Assembly: GCA_041613315.1 (NCBI GenBank)
Contig: JBFJHJ010000005.1
Span: forward strand, 32,001-96,000
DNA from: Gemmatimonadales bacterium
GTDB lineage: Bacteria; Gemmatimonadota; Gemmatimonadetes; Gemmatimonadales; GWC2-71-9
Reading direction: 5' to 3'
DNA: 64,000 nucleotides
Of the stretch, positions 1 to 10,522 are shown piece after piece. Within the stretch, counting starts at the first letter, position 1, and each line of letters starts with the position of its first letter. The position numbers and the translations under genes are program-made. Under the pieces are notes generated by a model that ran no database searches, was not told the origin of the DNA, and saw only the letters and a program-made list of their open reading frames with translations.

Positions 1-446
1 CCCGCGCCCGGCGCGAGTTTCTGCGCATTCTGCGGGACGTGCCGCGCAGCACGACCATTCTCCTCGCGTCGCACCGCTTCACCGACGTCACCGCTGTGGC
101 CGATCGGCTGCTCGTGCTGCACGCCGGCCGGATTGTCTTCGACGGGTCCATGGAGGATCTGTGGGTCCGGGCGGGGAGCGATGCCACCCTGTGGATGCAG
201 CTGGCGCCTGGGGCGCGGTCCGACGCCGAAGATCGGATCCGGGCGAGGTTCCGCGCACCGGTCCTGCTCCGGAACGGCGCCGCGATTGGCGTCCGAGTCG
301 AGCGGCAGGCCCGCGCCGATGTGCTCGTGGAGCTGCGACAGGCCGGCCTCCATATCGAGGATTTCTGGACCGAAGTGCCCTCCCTCAACGATCTGCTCGA
401 CGCGCTCCTCGGACCGCGCGACGCGAGTGGGAGCGCCGGCCGATGA
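1..446 (+). CDS. ABC transporter ATP-binding protein, C-terminal part (NosF-like; 5' truncated by window edge)
   Basis: ILLASH H-loop followed by ADRLLVLHAGRIVFDG; overlaps the permease start (ATGA). Confidence 0.8.
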   Translation, partial: RARREFLRILRDVPRSTTILLASHRFTDVTAVADRLLVLHAGRIVFDGSMEDLWVRAGSDATLWMQLAPGARSDAEDRIRARFRAPVLLRNGAAIGVRVERQARADVLVELRQAGLHIEDFWTEVPSLNDLLDALLGPRDASGSAGR

Positions 447-1264
447 CGGCGCGTGTCGGATTGATCGTCCAACGTGAGCTCGCGACGTCGCTGCAGAGCC
501 GCTGGTTCTTCGTGTATTCGGGAATCGTGCTCGCCGCCGGGGTGATCCTCGCCACGCTCGGCTTGAGCGACTTCGCCATCCACGGCTACCGCGGTCTGGC
601 CAAGGCGTTCGCGGGGCTCGTGCACCTCGCCTTGCTCTTCGTGCCGCTGCTGGCGCTGTTCCCCGCGACCGCAGCGATCACCGAAGACCGAGAAAGCGGG
701 GCCCTCGAGTACGTCCTGGCGCAGCCCGTCAGCTTCGGCGAGGTGTTCGCCGGCAAGTGGGGAGGGGTGAGCGCGGCGCTCCTCCTCGCCCTCACCGCCG
801 GCTTCGGCGTCGCGGGGGCGGTTGCCGCCCTGCGCGGCGTCCCGCCCGGCCTGCTGGTGGCGCTCTACGGGTTCGTGGTGCTCCTGGCGCTCGCCTTCGT
901 CTCCGTCGGCCTCCTCTGCTCCGTCGTCAGCGAGTCACGCGCCCGCGCCACGACCATGGGCATCGTCGTGTGGCTCGTCCTGGTCGCCCTGGGGACGCTC
1001 GGGATCATGGTGGCCTTCGTGCGGTGGGGACTGCCGGAGACCGTGCTCGCGGTGTGGACGTTCGTGAATCCCGTCGAGGCCTTTCGAATCGGCGTGCTCA
1101 GTATCCTCGATCCCGACCTGAGTCTCCTCGGGCCGGTCGGAGCGGGAATCGTGACGCGCGTAGGTAGCGCCGGAACCGCCGGGCTTGCGGCGGTCGCGCT
1201 GAGCGTGTGGGTCGTGGCCCCCGCGCTGCTTGGCTGGTGGCGGTTCGCCCGGGGGCGGATCTAG
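443..1264 (+). CDS. ABC-2 type permease, NosY-like
   Basis: MTARVGLIVQREL..; EDRESGALEYVLAQPVS..GK; NPVEAFR motif; several TM segments. Confidence 0.8.
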   Translation: MTARVGLIVQRELATSLQSRWFFVYSGIVLAAGVILATLGLSDFAIHGYRGLAKAFAGLVHLALLFVPLLALFPATAAITEDRESGALEYVLAQPVSFGEVFAGKWGGVSAALLLALTAGFGVAGAVAALRGVPPGLLVALYGFVVLLALAFVSVGLLCSVVSESRARATTMGIVVWLVLVALGTLGIMVAFVRWGLPETVLAVWTFVNPVEAFRIGVLSILDPDLSLLGPVGAGIVTRVGSAGTAGLAAVALSVWVVAPALLGWWRFARGRI

Positions 1265-1298
1265 TAAGGAAGCACCCGCCTCCGGCTGCCCGCGTTCG

Positions 1299-1538
1299 TC
1301 AATCGTCGCCGAGACCCAGGACGATCCAGAGTCCGTGGAGGTGTTCGTCCCGACTCAGCGTCAATGGGGGCTCGGGTTGCGCGCGGGGCTCGGCTCCCGA
1401 GGCAGTGGACCGCCCAAGGGATGCCACCGTCGCCACGTCCGGGAACTCGAGCGCGACGACCTCGCGACCTGTCGCCTCCTTGAGCAGTGTCCGCTGTTCG
1501 TCGGTAAGCAGAAGCTGCAGCTTCGTCGGCGCCACCAT
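1299..1538 (-). CDS. small hypothetical protein (79 aa)
   Basis: Strong SD AAGGAGG upstream; fills the intergenic gap; LTDEQRTLLKEATG. Confidence 0.6.
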   Translation of the reverse strand: MVAPTKLQLLLTDEQRTLLKEATGREVVALEFPDVATVASLGRSTASGAEPRAQPEPPLTLSRDEHLHGLWIVLGLGDD

Positions 1539-1629
1539 CGCGCCCTCCTTGCGATCGGCCGTAGCTCAACCTACCGGGACGCCAATGAAGAGATTGTGAA
1601 GCCGCAAGCGCGCAGCGCTGCCGACGCGG

Positions 1630-2454
1630 TCACCGCGGCACGCGCACGGCGATGCCCGCGCCGATGAACCAATCGTCCGCAGCCGAATTCAGCCCTACGC
1701 CGGCGCTCACATCGAACTGGAGGTTGTCGGCCGCCTGAAACGTGACCCCCCCGTCCAGGGCGTGCCGCGACGCGCCGGCATCACTCAGCGCGAATGTCCC
1801 GAAGGATTCCGCAAAGGCACCCACGCGCTCCGCCACCGCAAATCCGAACGACACCGTGTACAGGGCGTCCACCAGCGTGTCCGTCCCGCCCTGGGGCGCG
1901 GGCAGCGAACTCGCCGTCGCTCCCACGTTATAGCCCAGCGATACCCGCTCGCTCAACGTGCTGGCGAACGCAAGCCGCACGGTGGGGTTGGCGCGGTCGG
2001 AACCGATCCCATCCGCGCCCGTGGGCAGCGTGAGCATCCCTATTAGCGCGATCGCCGGCGCAGCGCCGCCACCCTCGGTGAAGCCGTACTTGAATCCCAC
2101 ATCGAGATCCCCGATCCCGCTGGTCACGGCCGCCGGCCCACCCCCACCTCCGCGCTCGGCGCTCCGCGTCCATCCCGCGAAGCCGAGTCGGAGCTCGGCC
2201 CGCGGCACGATCCCGATGCGCGCCAACACCTGCGGCACGGCATGGCTTCGAACCTCGACACCCCCCTCGCGCTCCCGGGAAAACGTCCAGCCCGCCTCGA
2301 ACTGCGCGAGACCCGGCACCACCACGGCCGGCGACTCGGTCTGATCGGGACGATCCGTCACCAACGGTCCGGGACGTGCCTGGCCGTGCGCCGGTGGCGC
2401 GACACCCATGAGGAATAGCGCAACCGCCCACACATGGAAGGACAACCGCCACAT
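1630..2454 (-). CDS. outer-membrane beta-barrel transporter (MetA-pathway/phenol_MetA_deg-like)
   Basis: Signal peptide, TDRPDQTE motif, GIGDLDVGFKY, alternating C-terminal beta strands. Confidence 0.75.
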   Translation of the reverse strand: MWRLSFHVWAVALFLMGVAPPAHGQARPGPLVTDRPDQTESPAVVVPGLAQFEAGWTFSREREGGVEVRSHAVPQVLARIGIVPRAELRLGFAGWTRSAERGGGGGPAAVTSGIGDLDVGFKYGFTEGGGAAPAIALIGMLTLPTGADGIGSDRANPTVRLAFASTLSERVSLGYNVGATASSLPAPQGGTDTLVDALYTVSFGFAVAERVGAFAESFGTFALSDAGASRHALDGGVTFQAADNLQFDVSAGVGLNSAADDWFIGAGIAVRVPR

Positions 2455-2470
2455 GAACAACCGACCCAGG

Positions 2471-2489
2471 TTGAGTTAGTGTAACCTAA
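2471..2489 (-). promoter_or_regulatory. DtxR/IdeR/MntR-like operator overlapping the promoter of the barrel gene
   Basis: Minus strand TTAGGTTACACTAACTCAA, 15/19 match to TTAGGTTAGCCTAACCTAA; AT-rich patch in GC-rich DNA. Confidence 0.55.
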
Positions 2490-2543
2490 TGTTGTGATTA
2501 GCAGGAGCGCAACACGTGACCTTCCAAAGGTACCCGCGTCGTC

Positions 2544-4064
2544 TCAGCCGCGGCGCAGACCGGCCCGATCGACTTTGCCCAGGTGGGTTCGAGGCAACTC
2601 ATCGAGAAAGACGACCTCCCGCGGGTGCTTGTAGCGTTCCAGCCGCGCGCGCACGAACGCCTGCAGCTCGTCCGCCAGCGCCGGACCCGGCCGGTCGGCG
2701 ACCACGAATGCGTGCGGCTTGACGAGCCCGTCGTCGTCCACCACGCCGACCACCGCCGCTTCGCGCACGCGCGGGTGGTCGAGCAAACAGCCCTCCACCT
2801 CTTGGGGCGAGAGCCACTTGCCGGCGACCTTGAGCATGTCGTCGGAACGGCCGCAATAGGTGACGTAGCCGTCGGCGTCGGCGCACACCATGTCGCCCGA
2901 GACGTACCACTCGCCGCGGAACGCCTCCTTCGTGGTCGCCATCTGCTGCCAGTATCCGAGCGCGCGCGAGTTGCCTCGCACCCACAGCCACCCGACCTCC
3001 CCTCGCGGCAGCTCCGTCCCCGCCTCGTCGCAGACGCGCACCTCGAAGCCGGGAACCACCTTGCCCAAGGTGCCCGGCTTCACGTCGCCGGGCTGGTTGG
3101 AGAGGAAGATGTGCCACATCTCGGCCGTACCGAGCCCATCGAGCAGCTCGACCCCGAAGGCGTCGCGCCAGCGGTGGTACAGCTCGACCGGCAGCGCCTC
3201 GCCCGCCGACGTCGCCAGCCGGAGACAGGAGAGGTCCTGCCGACGCGCCGCGGGATGCGACACCATCTGATTGATCATGGTCGGGACGTTGACGAGGATC
3301 GTCGGGCGGTGGCGCGCGATCTGCCCGAACAGCAGGTCCGCCGTGCAGCGCTCAGGAAACAGCACGACACTGCCGCCGACCGCGAACGGGAACAGGAGAT
3401 TCGAGCCGGTGGCGTAGCCGAAATAGAGCTTGGGCACCGAGATCGTGCGGTCATCAGCGGTATACCCGATCACCCGCTTGGCATAGCACTCCGTGGTGTT
3501 GGCGAACGAGGTGTGGGTCTGCACGACCGCCTTGGGCCGACCCGTGGTGCCTCCCGAGAACAACCAGATGGCCGCGTCGTCCCGATGCGACAGAAAGGGC
3601 TCGAGGGTTGGCGACGCACCCGCGAGTGCCTGCTCGAATTCCGGCCCCCCCACCGTCAGCATGTTGTCGAGATGCCGAGCGGTCCCGGCCGCCGTGCCGA
3701 ACGCCGCCGCCGTCTCCGGGTGCACGATCACGGTTCGGGCGCGGGTGTACGCGTAGAAGTACTCGATGTCGTGCGAGCGCAGGTGCGGGTTGACCATCAC
3801 CACGACGGCCCCGATCTTCAGGATGCCGAACAGGGCGGCCACGTACTCCGGCCCGTCGGGGAGCGCGATGATTACGCGCTGCTCCGGCTCCACCCCGGCG
3901 TCCAGGAGGACGTTGGCGAAGCGGTTCGCCAGCGCCTGCACGTCCTGGTAGGTGAGCGTGCCGCGGTCCGTGACCAGCGCCGTGTTGGCTCCCTTGCCCT
4001 CGCGCAGACGGTCGTCGAGGAAGTAGTCGGCGATGTTGAACTGGTCCGGCGGTTCAAAGGTCAT
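2544..4064 (-). CDS. benzoate/2-aminobenzoate-CoA ligase family protein
   Basis: FSGGTTGRPK AMP-binding loop, KLYFGYATG, DGLGTAE, GRSDDMLKV, LPRTHLGKV. Confidence 0.9.
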   Translation of the reverse strand: MTFEPPDQFNIADYFLDDRLREGKGANTALVTDRGTLTYQDVQALANRFANVLLDAGVEPEQRVIIALPDGPEYVAALFGILKIGAVVVMVNPHLRSHDIEYFYAYTRARTVIVHPETAAAFGTAAGTARHLDNMLTVGGPEFEQALAGASPTLEPFLSHRDDAAIWLFSGGTTGRPKAVVQTHTSFANTTECYAKRVIGYTADDRTISVPKLYFGYATGSNLLFPFAVGGSVVLFPERCTADLLFGQIARHRPTILVNVPTMINQMVSHPAARRQDLSCLRLATSAGEALPVELYHRWRDAFGVELLDGLGTAEMWHIFLSNQPGDVKPGTLGKVVPGFEVRVCDEAGTELPRGEVGWLWVRGNSRALGYWQQMATTKEAFRGEWYVSGDMVCADADGYVTYCGRSDDMLKVAGKWLSPQEVEGCLLDHPRVREAAVVGVVDDDGLVKPHAFVVADRPGPALADELQAFVRARLERYKHPREVVFLDELPRTHLGKVDRAGLRRG

Positions 4065-4075
4065 AGCAATCCACC

Positions 4076-4846
4076 ATGCCGATCCTCGAATGGTCTCGGA
4101 TGACCTGGGAAGAGGTCCGCGACCTCGAGACGCGGACCGCGGTGGCCGTGCTGCCGGTGGGCGCGCTCGAGGCGCACGGGCCGCACCTGCCGCTTGCCAC
4201 CGATGTGCTGATCGCGGAGGCGATGGCGCAGGCGGGCGCCCGCCGGCTAGCGGACCGCGGCCTCTCGGTCCTGTTGCTGCCGCCCATCGCGTACACGTCG
4301 GCGGGCTTTGCCGCCGCATTCCCGGGTACGATCTCGCTCCCCGCCGCGACCGTGACGGCCACGCTCGTGGGTGTCGCCGACGGCCTGGCCGCGCAGGGCT
4401 TCGGCGCGCTGGCGGTGGCGAACGCGCACCTCGACCCGGCGCATCTTGCCGCACTCGAGGCGGCGGTCGCGGCCGCCCGAGCAGGCGGTCGGGTGACGAT
4501 GATCTTTCCGAACATCGCGCGCAAGCCGTGGGCGACAAGGCTCACCGAGGAGTTCAAGAGCGGTGCCTGTCACGCGGGGCGCTTTGAGAGCTCGATCGTG
4601 ATGGCGGTCGCCCCGGACCTCGTGCGGGAACAGCTCCGGCGGTCCCTTCCCGCGAATCCGGCCTCACTCTCGACCGCCATTCGGGACGGCAAGACGAGCT
4701 TCGCCGCGGCGGGCGGACCACGAGCCTACTTCGGCTTCCCCGCGGACGCCTCGGCCGCTGAGGGGCTGGCAACAATCGAGACCCTGGGCGCGATCCTCGC
4801 CGACGCCGTGCTCGAGGCAGGGGAGGCCGATGTCGCTCGAGGGTAG
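4076..4846 (+). CDS. creatininase-family amidohydrolase
   Basis: LPVGALEAHGPHLPLATD, NAH, HAGRFESS motifs. Confidence 0.9.
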   Translation: MPILEWSRMTWEEVRDLETRTAVAVLPVGALEAHGPHLPLATDVLIAEAMAQAGARRLADRGLSVLLLPPIAYTSAGFAAAFPGTISLPAATVTATLVGVADGLAAQGFGALAVANAHLDPAHLAALEAAVAAARAGGRVTMIFPNIARKPWATRLTEEFKSGACHAGRFESSIVMAVAPDLVREQLRRSLPANPASLSTAIRDGKTSFAAAGGPRAYFGFPADASAAEGLATIETLGAILADAVLEAGEADVARG

Positions 4847-5606
4847 AGGCGCGGTCGTCACCGGTGGCGGCCGGGGGATCGGCGCGGCTGTCGCGCGCGC
4901 CCTCGCGCTGGAGGGCGCCGCGGTCGTCGTCGCGGCCCGCACACAGACCGAGATTGCCGCGGTTGCCGCTGAACTGACGGCCGAAGGCCGCAGCGCCTGG
5001 GCCGTCACCTGCGACGTGACCGACCCGGCGAGCGTCGCACGGCTCGCACGGGAAGCCAGGCGTCAGCTCGAGCGCGCCGACATCCTCGTCAACAACGCCG
5101 GCATTGCCCACTCGGCGCCGCTTCACGCCCTCGAGCTCCACGACTGGAACCGGCTGTTCGCCGTGAACGCCACCGGCACGTTCCTGTGCACACAGGCGTT
5201 CGTCCCGGCGATGATCGAGTCGGCATGGGGGCGCGTCATCAACGTCGCGTCGGTGGCGGGTCTCTCGGGTGCGCGCTATATCGCGGCGTACGCCGCCTCG
5301 AAGCATGCCGTGATCGGGTTCACGCGCTCGATCGCCGCCGAGGTGGCCGCGAAGGGCGTCACCGTGAACGCGGTGTGCCCGGGCTACGTCGATACCGCCA
5401 TGACTCGCGAGTCGGTCGAGCGCATCGCAGGTAAGACCGGCCTGACCGGCGACCGCGCGCTCGACGCCATTCTCGAGAGCACGCCCCAACGCCGCCTCAT
5501 CACGCCGGACGAGGTGGCGCACGCGGTGGTCGCGCTCTGCGCCGAGGGCGCCCGGGGCATCAACGGCCAAGCGCTCGTGATGGACGGTGGGGGCCTGCTC
5601 GCCTAG
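4830..5606 (+). CDS. SDR family oxidoreductase
   Basis: TGGGRGIG, NNAG, YAASK. Confidence 0.92.
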   Translation: MSLEGRGAVVTGGGRGIGAAVARALALEGAAVVVAARTQTEIAAVAAELTAEGRSAWAVTCDVTDPASVARLAREARRQLERADILVNNAGIAHSAPLHALELHDWNRLFAVNATGTFLCTQAFVPAMIESAWGRVINVASVAGLSGARYIAAYAASKHAVIGFTRSIAAEVAAKGVTVNAVCPGYVDTAMTRESVERIAGKTGLTGDRALDAILESTPQRRLITPDEVAHAVVALCAEGARGINGQALVMDGGGLLA

Positions 5607-5694
5607 TGGATGCACGCGGAGGGAGCCACTGGCAGACGACACGTTTTCCGAGCGGACCAGCGTGCGCACCCACCCACAGGAGTGGAGGAGACGC

Positions 5695-6096
5695 GTGACC
5701 TTCGAGATCATCAACCCCGCCTCGCTTGGCACCCCTCGGGGATGGAACCACGGCATGCTCGCCCCTCGAGGCGGGCGGCTCCTCTTCGTCGCCGGCCAGA
5801 CGGCGCGTGACGCGACGGGCGCGGTGTCGCCCGTGGGCTTCGTCGAGCAGTTCGCTCGGGCGCTGACCAACGTGCTCGCCGTGGTCCGTGAAGCGGGCGG
5901 GCGGGCGGAGCAGATCGGACGCCTCACGATTTACGTCACGGATCTCGAAGCCTACCAGTCGAGCCTCGAACCGCTTGGCGTCGAGTATCGTCGGCTCATG
6001 GGACGTCACTACCCCGCCATGGCACTGCTGCACGTCCGCGGTCTGGCGGATCCGCACGCGGCGGTCGAGATCGAGGCCACGGCGGTGATTCCGTAA
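5695..6096 (+). CDS. RidA/YjgF family protein
   Basis: LFVAGQ, YPAM, VEIEATA; SD GGAGGAG before GTG. Confidence 0.9.
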   Translation: MTFEIINPASLGTPRGWNHGMLAPRGGRLLFVAGQTARDATGAVSPVGFVEQFARALTNVLAVVREAGGRAEQIGRLTIYVTDLEAYQSSLEPLGVEYRRLMGRHYPAMALLHVRGLADPHAAVEIEATAVIP

Positions 6097-6200
6097 CCGG
6101 TGTTCGTTGTCCGGCGCCCGGTGTCCGGGAAGCGCCGGAGCAGAACTCGGAGCCCAGGTACCGCACACCGGACACCGCGCCCCCGGAGGGGCCCTTCGCA

Positions 6201-7001
6201 ATGACGATCGCTCCCAAGTCGTTTCGCTACGCCCACGACCACACCACCTCCGTGGCGACGCTCACGCTCGACCGGCCCGACCGCTTGAACGCGTTGACGT
6301 TCGAGGTGTATGCCGAGCTGCGGGATACCTTCCGCGCCCTCGACGTCGAGCCGGACGTTCGGGCCGTCGTGCTCACGGGCAGCGGCCGCGGGTTCTGCTC
6401 CGGTGGCGACGTGGAGGACATCATCGGGGCGCTCTTCGCGCGCGAGTACGAGGGGCTGCTGGCGTTCACCCACATGACGTGCGACCTCATCTTGGCGATC
6501 CGCTCGTGCCGACGTCCGGTGGTGGCGGCACTGAACGGAACGGTGGCGGGGGCCGGCGCCGTGATCGCGGCGGCGTGCGACATACGGATCGCGGCCGACA
6601 CGGCCAAGATCGCTTTTCTCTTCACGAAAGTTGGGCTCTCCGGCGCCGACATGGGCGCGGCATGGCTGCTCCCGCGCCTGGTGGGGCTGGGGCGCGCCAC
6701 CGAGCTCCTCATGAGCGGTGACTTCATCGACGCGGCGACGGCGGAACGGATCGGCCTTTACAACCGCGTCGTCCCGCACGATCGCGTGCTCTCCGAGGCA
6801 CACTCCTTCGCCGAGCGGCTCGCGCGGGGGCCGTCGTTCGCTCTTGGAAAGACGAAGGAGGCCCTCGACCGGGAGGCGGTGATGGATTTCGGATCCGCTC
6901 TGGTCGCTGAGGCCGAGGTGCAGGCCGGCTGCATGCTGAGCCCGAACTTCCGCGAGGCATACGACGCATTCACCGAGAAGCGCGAACCGCGCTTCGTCTA
7001 G
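6201..7001 (+). CDS. enoyl-CoA hydratase family protein
   Basis: LDRPDRLNAL, FCSGGD, ALNGTVAGAG, ACDIRIA. Confidence 0.92.
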   Translation: MTIAPKSFRYAHDHTTSVATLTLDRPDRLNALTFEVYAELRDTFRALDVEPDVRAVVLTGSGRGFCSGGDVEDIIGALFAREYEGLLAFTHMTCDLILAIRSCRRPVVAALNGTVAGAGAVIAAACDIRIAADTAKIAFLFTKVGLSGADMGAAWLLPRLVGLGRATELLMSGDFIDAATAERIGLYNRVVPHDRVLSEAHSFAERLARGPSFALGKTKEALDREAVMDFGSALVAEAEVQAGCMLSPNFREAYDAFTEKREPRFV

Positions 7002-7003
7002 CC

Positions 7004-8161
7004 ATGCCCGATCCCGGACCGATCCGCGCGTTCCTGGAGGACCACCATGTCGACCTGGCCGCCCGCGTCACGGACTTCAGCACGCGAGAGCTGGCGCCCC
7101 GGGCCGAGCCGGCCGACGACGCCGCCGGCCGGAAGGATGCCCGCGACATGCTCGCGCTCATGGGCGGCGGCGGGTGGTACCGGCCGATCACCGATCAGGA
7201 CTTCCGGGCGTGCTGTCTCGTACGGGAAGCGTTGGCCGCCGCCTCGCCCCTGGCCGATGCCGTGTTCGCCCTGCAGGCCCTGGGATCGGTGCCGATCCTC
7301 CTGGCGGGCTCCGACGATCTCCGGACCCGCTGGGCGACGCCGGCTCTGGTGGGCACGGTGATGGCCGCGTTCGCCATGACGGAGACCGAGGCCGGCTCCG
7401 ACGTGGCGTCCATGACCACGCGGGCCGTGCGCGACGGTGCGCAGTACGTGCTCGACGGAACCAAGACGTTCATCTCCAACGCGGGGCTCGCCGATTTCTA
7501 CACCGTTTTTGCCGTCACCGACCCGTCGAGGGAGAGGAACAGCATCTCGTGTTTCGTGGTGCCCGCCGACACACCGGGACTCGCGTTCGTGCGGCCCCAG
7601 CGGCTGAGCGCGCCCCATCCGCTCGGGGACTTGGCGTTTTCGGACTGCCGCGTGCCCGCGGCGAACCGGGTGGGCGCCGAGGGCGACGGCCTGCGGATCG
7701 GCTTCGCCACGCTCGACCGCCTCCGCCCCACCGTCGGCGCGGCGGCCTGCGGCATGGCAGAGCGCGCGCTCGCCGAAGCGCTCCAGCACGCCGTCCATCG
7801 TCGGCAGTTCGGCAAGCCCCTGGGGGAGTTTCAGTTGGTGCAGACGAAGCTCGCCCGCATGAGCACCGACCTCACGGCGGCACGACTCCTCGTATACCAC
7901 GCCGCCTGGGCGCTGGATCGCGGAGCAGAGCGGGTCCGCATCGAGGCCGCTATGGCCAAGGCGTTCGCGACCGAGGCGGCGCAGCGGATCGTGGATGACG
8001 CCGTCCAGATCTTGGGCGGCCGCGGCGTGCTTGCGGAGCATCCGGTGGACCGTCTCTACCGTTCCGTGCGCGCTCTGCGCATCTATGAGGGCACGACCGA
8101 GATCCAGCACCTCATCATCGGAGGCGCCATGGTGCGCGCCGCGACCGCGTCGGACAGCTGA
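7004..8161 (+). CDS. acyl-CoA dehydrogenase
   Basis: [36 protein letters not shown]. Confidence 0.93.
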   Translation: MPDPGPIRAFLEDHHVDLAARVTDFSTRELAPRAEPADDAAGRKDARDMLALMGGGGWYRPITDQDFRACCLVREALAAASPLADAVFALQALGSVPILLAGSDDLRTRWATPALVGTVMAAFAMTETEAGSDVASMTTRAVRDGAQYVLDGTKTFISNAGLADFYTVFAVTDPSRERNSISCFVVPADTPGLAFVRPQRLSAPHPLGDLAFSDCRVPAANRVGAEGDGLRIGFATLDRLRPTVGAAACGMAERALAEALQHAVHRRQFGKPLGEFQLVQTKLARMSTDLTAARLLVYHAAWALDRGAERVRIEAAMAKAFATEAAQRIVDDAVQILGGRGVLAEHPVDRLYRSVRALRIYEGTTEIQHLIIGGAMVRAATASDS

Positions 8162-8180
8162 CTCTCGATACGCGTACACC

Positions 8181-10436
8181 GTGAAGATCTCCAGCATCGG
8201 CGGCGGGCCGGCCGGTCTCTACTTCGCCATTCTCATGAAGAAGGCGGACCCCTCGCACGAGATCATCGTCTACGAGCGGCACCGCCTGGACGATACGTTC
8301 GGCTTCGGGGTCGTCTTCTCCGACGCCACACAGCACAACCTCGCTGAGGCCGATCCGGAGACGTTCCGGGAAATGGCCGGCAGCTTCGCCCGCTGGGACG
8401 ACATCGATATCCACCTCAACGGTACCGTGACCAGGTCCACGGGCCACGGCTTCAGCGGCCTGTCCCGGACGGCGCTCCTCCGGATCCTGGCGCAGCGGGC
8501 CACGGACTTGGGCGTCGATGTTCGGTTCGAGCACGAGATCCGAGACCTCGACGAGCCGCTCGCCGGCGCCGATCTCGTGCTGGCAGCGGACGGCTTCAAC
8601 AGCTCCGTGCGGGAGCAATATGGCGCCCACTTCGATCCGATGATCGACTGGCGGACCAACCGGTTCGTCTGGCTGGGCACCACGCGACCGTTCCCGGCGT
8701 TCACGTTCTATTTCAAGCCGAACGCCCATGGCTTGTGGCGCGTGCACGCCTACCAGTACGAACAGGGTCACTCGACGTTCATCGTGGAATGTACGGAAGC
8801 GACGTGGCGCGCCGCGGGGCTCGAGGACGCCACCGAGGCGGAGACGATCGCTTTCTGCGAGGCGTTGTTCGCCGTGGAGCTCGAGGGCCACCGCCTCGTC
8901 GCCAACCGCTCCATCTGGCGCAGCTTCGCCACGGTCCGGAACCGGCGCTGGCATCACCGCAACATCGTCCTCATCGGCGACGCGGCGCACACGGCGCACT
9001 TCTCCGTCGGCTCCGGCACCAAGCTGGCCATGGAGGACGCCGTCGCGCTGGCGGATGCCCTCCGCAACCACCGCGACGTGAGCGCGGCGCTCGCCGCCTA
9101 CGAGGCGGAGCGGCGCCCCGTGGTCGAGAGTCTCCAGCGGGCGGCGCAGGTGAGCCTGGAGTGGTTCGAGAACACCGAGCGATACATGGCGTTCGATCCG
9201 CTCCAGTTCGCCTTCAACCTGCTGACCCGCAGCTTCCGGATCACCCACGACAATCTGAAGGTGCGTGACCCGGCGTTCATCGCCACCGTCGATTGCTGGT
9301 TCGCGCGCACGGCGGCCGAGCAGAGCGGCGCCCCCGTGACGCTCGACCCTGCCCCGCCGCCCCTCTTCACGCCGTTCCGCCTCCGCGGCTTGCTCCTCAC
9401 CAACCGCGTGGTCGTCTCTCCCATGTGCCAGTACTGCGCCGTCGACGGGACGCCCGGCGAATGGCACCTCGTTCACCTGGGCGCTCGAGCGCAGGGAGGC
9501 GCCGGATTGGTGTTCACCGAGATGACCGACGTGAGCCGCGAGGGCCGCATTTCACCGGGCTGCGCGGGAATGTACGCGCCCCAGCACGTCCCGGCCTGGA
9601 AGCGAATCGTGGATTTCGTGCACGCGCACAGCGATGCGAAGATCGGCATGCAGCTGGGCCACGCCGGCCGCAAGGGCTCGACCCGGCTGGCCTGGGAGGG
9701 GATGGACGAGCCGCTCGTGGACGGGAATTGGGAGATCATCGCGCCGTCACCGATCCCGTATTTCCCCCACAGTCAGGTGCCACGGCCCATGACGCGCACC
9801 GACATGGATACGGTGCGCCACGATTTCGCCCGAGCGGCGGCCATGGCGGAGGACGCGGGCTTCGATATCCTCGAGCTGCACTTCGCGCACGGCTACCTGC
9901 TCGCGACGTTCATCTCGCCCCTCACGAACCGTCGCACCGACGAGTACGGCGGTTCGATCGCGAACCGGATGCGGCTTCCCCTCGAGGTCTTCGACGCCGT
10001 GCGCGCCGTCTGGCCGGCCGCCAAGCCGATATCGGTGCGGATCTCCGCGGTTGACTGGGCGCCGAGTGGGATGGAATCCGCCGACGCGGTCGAGGTGGCA
10101 AAGCTGCTCAAGGCCCACGGCTGCGACATCATCGACGTCTCGGCGGGCCAAACCGTGCCGGATGCCAAGCCCGTGTACGGCCGCCAATTCCAGACCCCGT
10201 TCAGCGACCGGATACGGCACGAGGCGGACATCCCGACCATGGCGGTCGGCAACATCTCGTCGTACATGGACGTCAACACGATCCTCGCCGCCGGGCGCGC
10301 CGATCTCTGCGTCATGGCGCGAGCCCACCTCTGGGACCCGTACTGGACGCGGCACTCGGCGCACGAGCTGGGCTACCCGCTCCCGTGGCCCAACCCATAC
10401 TCCACCCTTGACCGGTACACCCCGAGATTCGGCTGA
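8181..10436 (+). CDS. bifunctional 2-aminobenzoyl-CoA monooxygenase/reductase (salicylyl-CoA 5-hydroxylase family)
   Basis: N-terminal FAD monooxygenase ([32 protein letters not shown]) fused to an OYE domain ([21 protein letters not shown]). Confidence 0.9.
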   Translation: MKISSIGGGPAGLYFAILMKKADPSHEIIVYERHRLDDTFGFGVVFSDATQHNLAEADPETFREMAGSFARWDDIDIHLNGTVTRSTGHGFSGLSRTALLRILAQRATDLGVDVRFEHEIRDLDEPLAGADLVLAADGFNSSVREQYGAHFDPMIDWRTNRFVWLGTTRPFPAFTFYFKPNAHGLWRVHAYQYEQGHSTFIVECTEATWRAAGLEDATEAETIAFCEALFAVELEGHRLVANRSIWRSFATVRNRRWHHRNIVLIGDAAHTAHFSVGSGTKLAMEDAVALADALRNHRDVSAALAAYEAERRPVVESLQRAAQVSLEWFENTERYMAFDPLQFAFNLLTRSFRITHDNLKVRDPAFIATVDCWFARTAAEQSGAPVTLDPAPPPLFTPFRLRGLLLTNRVVVSPMCQYCAVDGTPGEWHLVHLGARAQGGAGLVFTEMTDVSREGRISPGCAGMYAPQHVPAWKRIVDFVHAHSDAKIGMQLGHAGRKGSTRLAWEGMDEPLVDGNWEIIAPSPIPYFPHSQVPRPMTRTDMDTVRHDFARAAAMAEDAGFDILELHFAHGYLLATFISPLTNRRTDEYGGSIANRMRLPLEVFDAVRAVWPAAKPISVRISAVDWAPSGMESADAVEVAKLLKAHGCDIIDVSAGQTVPDAKPVYGRQFQTPFSDRIRHEADIPTMAVGNISSYMDVNTILAAGRADLCVMARAHLWDPYWTRHSAHELGYPLPWPNPYSTLDRYTPRFG

Positions 10437-10522
10437 CACCGGGCGTCGCGTTCGCGGCGCGCCGCGCTTTTCGCGACATTCCGGTAACGCCCGCACCCGA
10501 CACCTGGAACCCGCATCCGCCT

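Noticed and set aside
1..1264. Calling these genes nosF/nosY
   Set aside because: nosZ/nosD are not in the window, so the similarity is family-level only
2583..4103. Long antisense and alternate-frame ORFs (also 23937-25835, 26090-27532, 45471-47414, 61687-63201)
   Set aside because: Shadows of real genes, expected in high-GC DNA; R/A/P/G-rich with no motifs
6097..6185. Short 7-nt CCGGTGT-like repeats with inverted copies
   Set aside because: Few degenerate units, no spacers and no cas genes; not CRISPR
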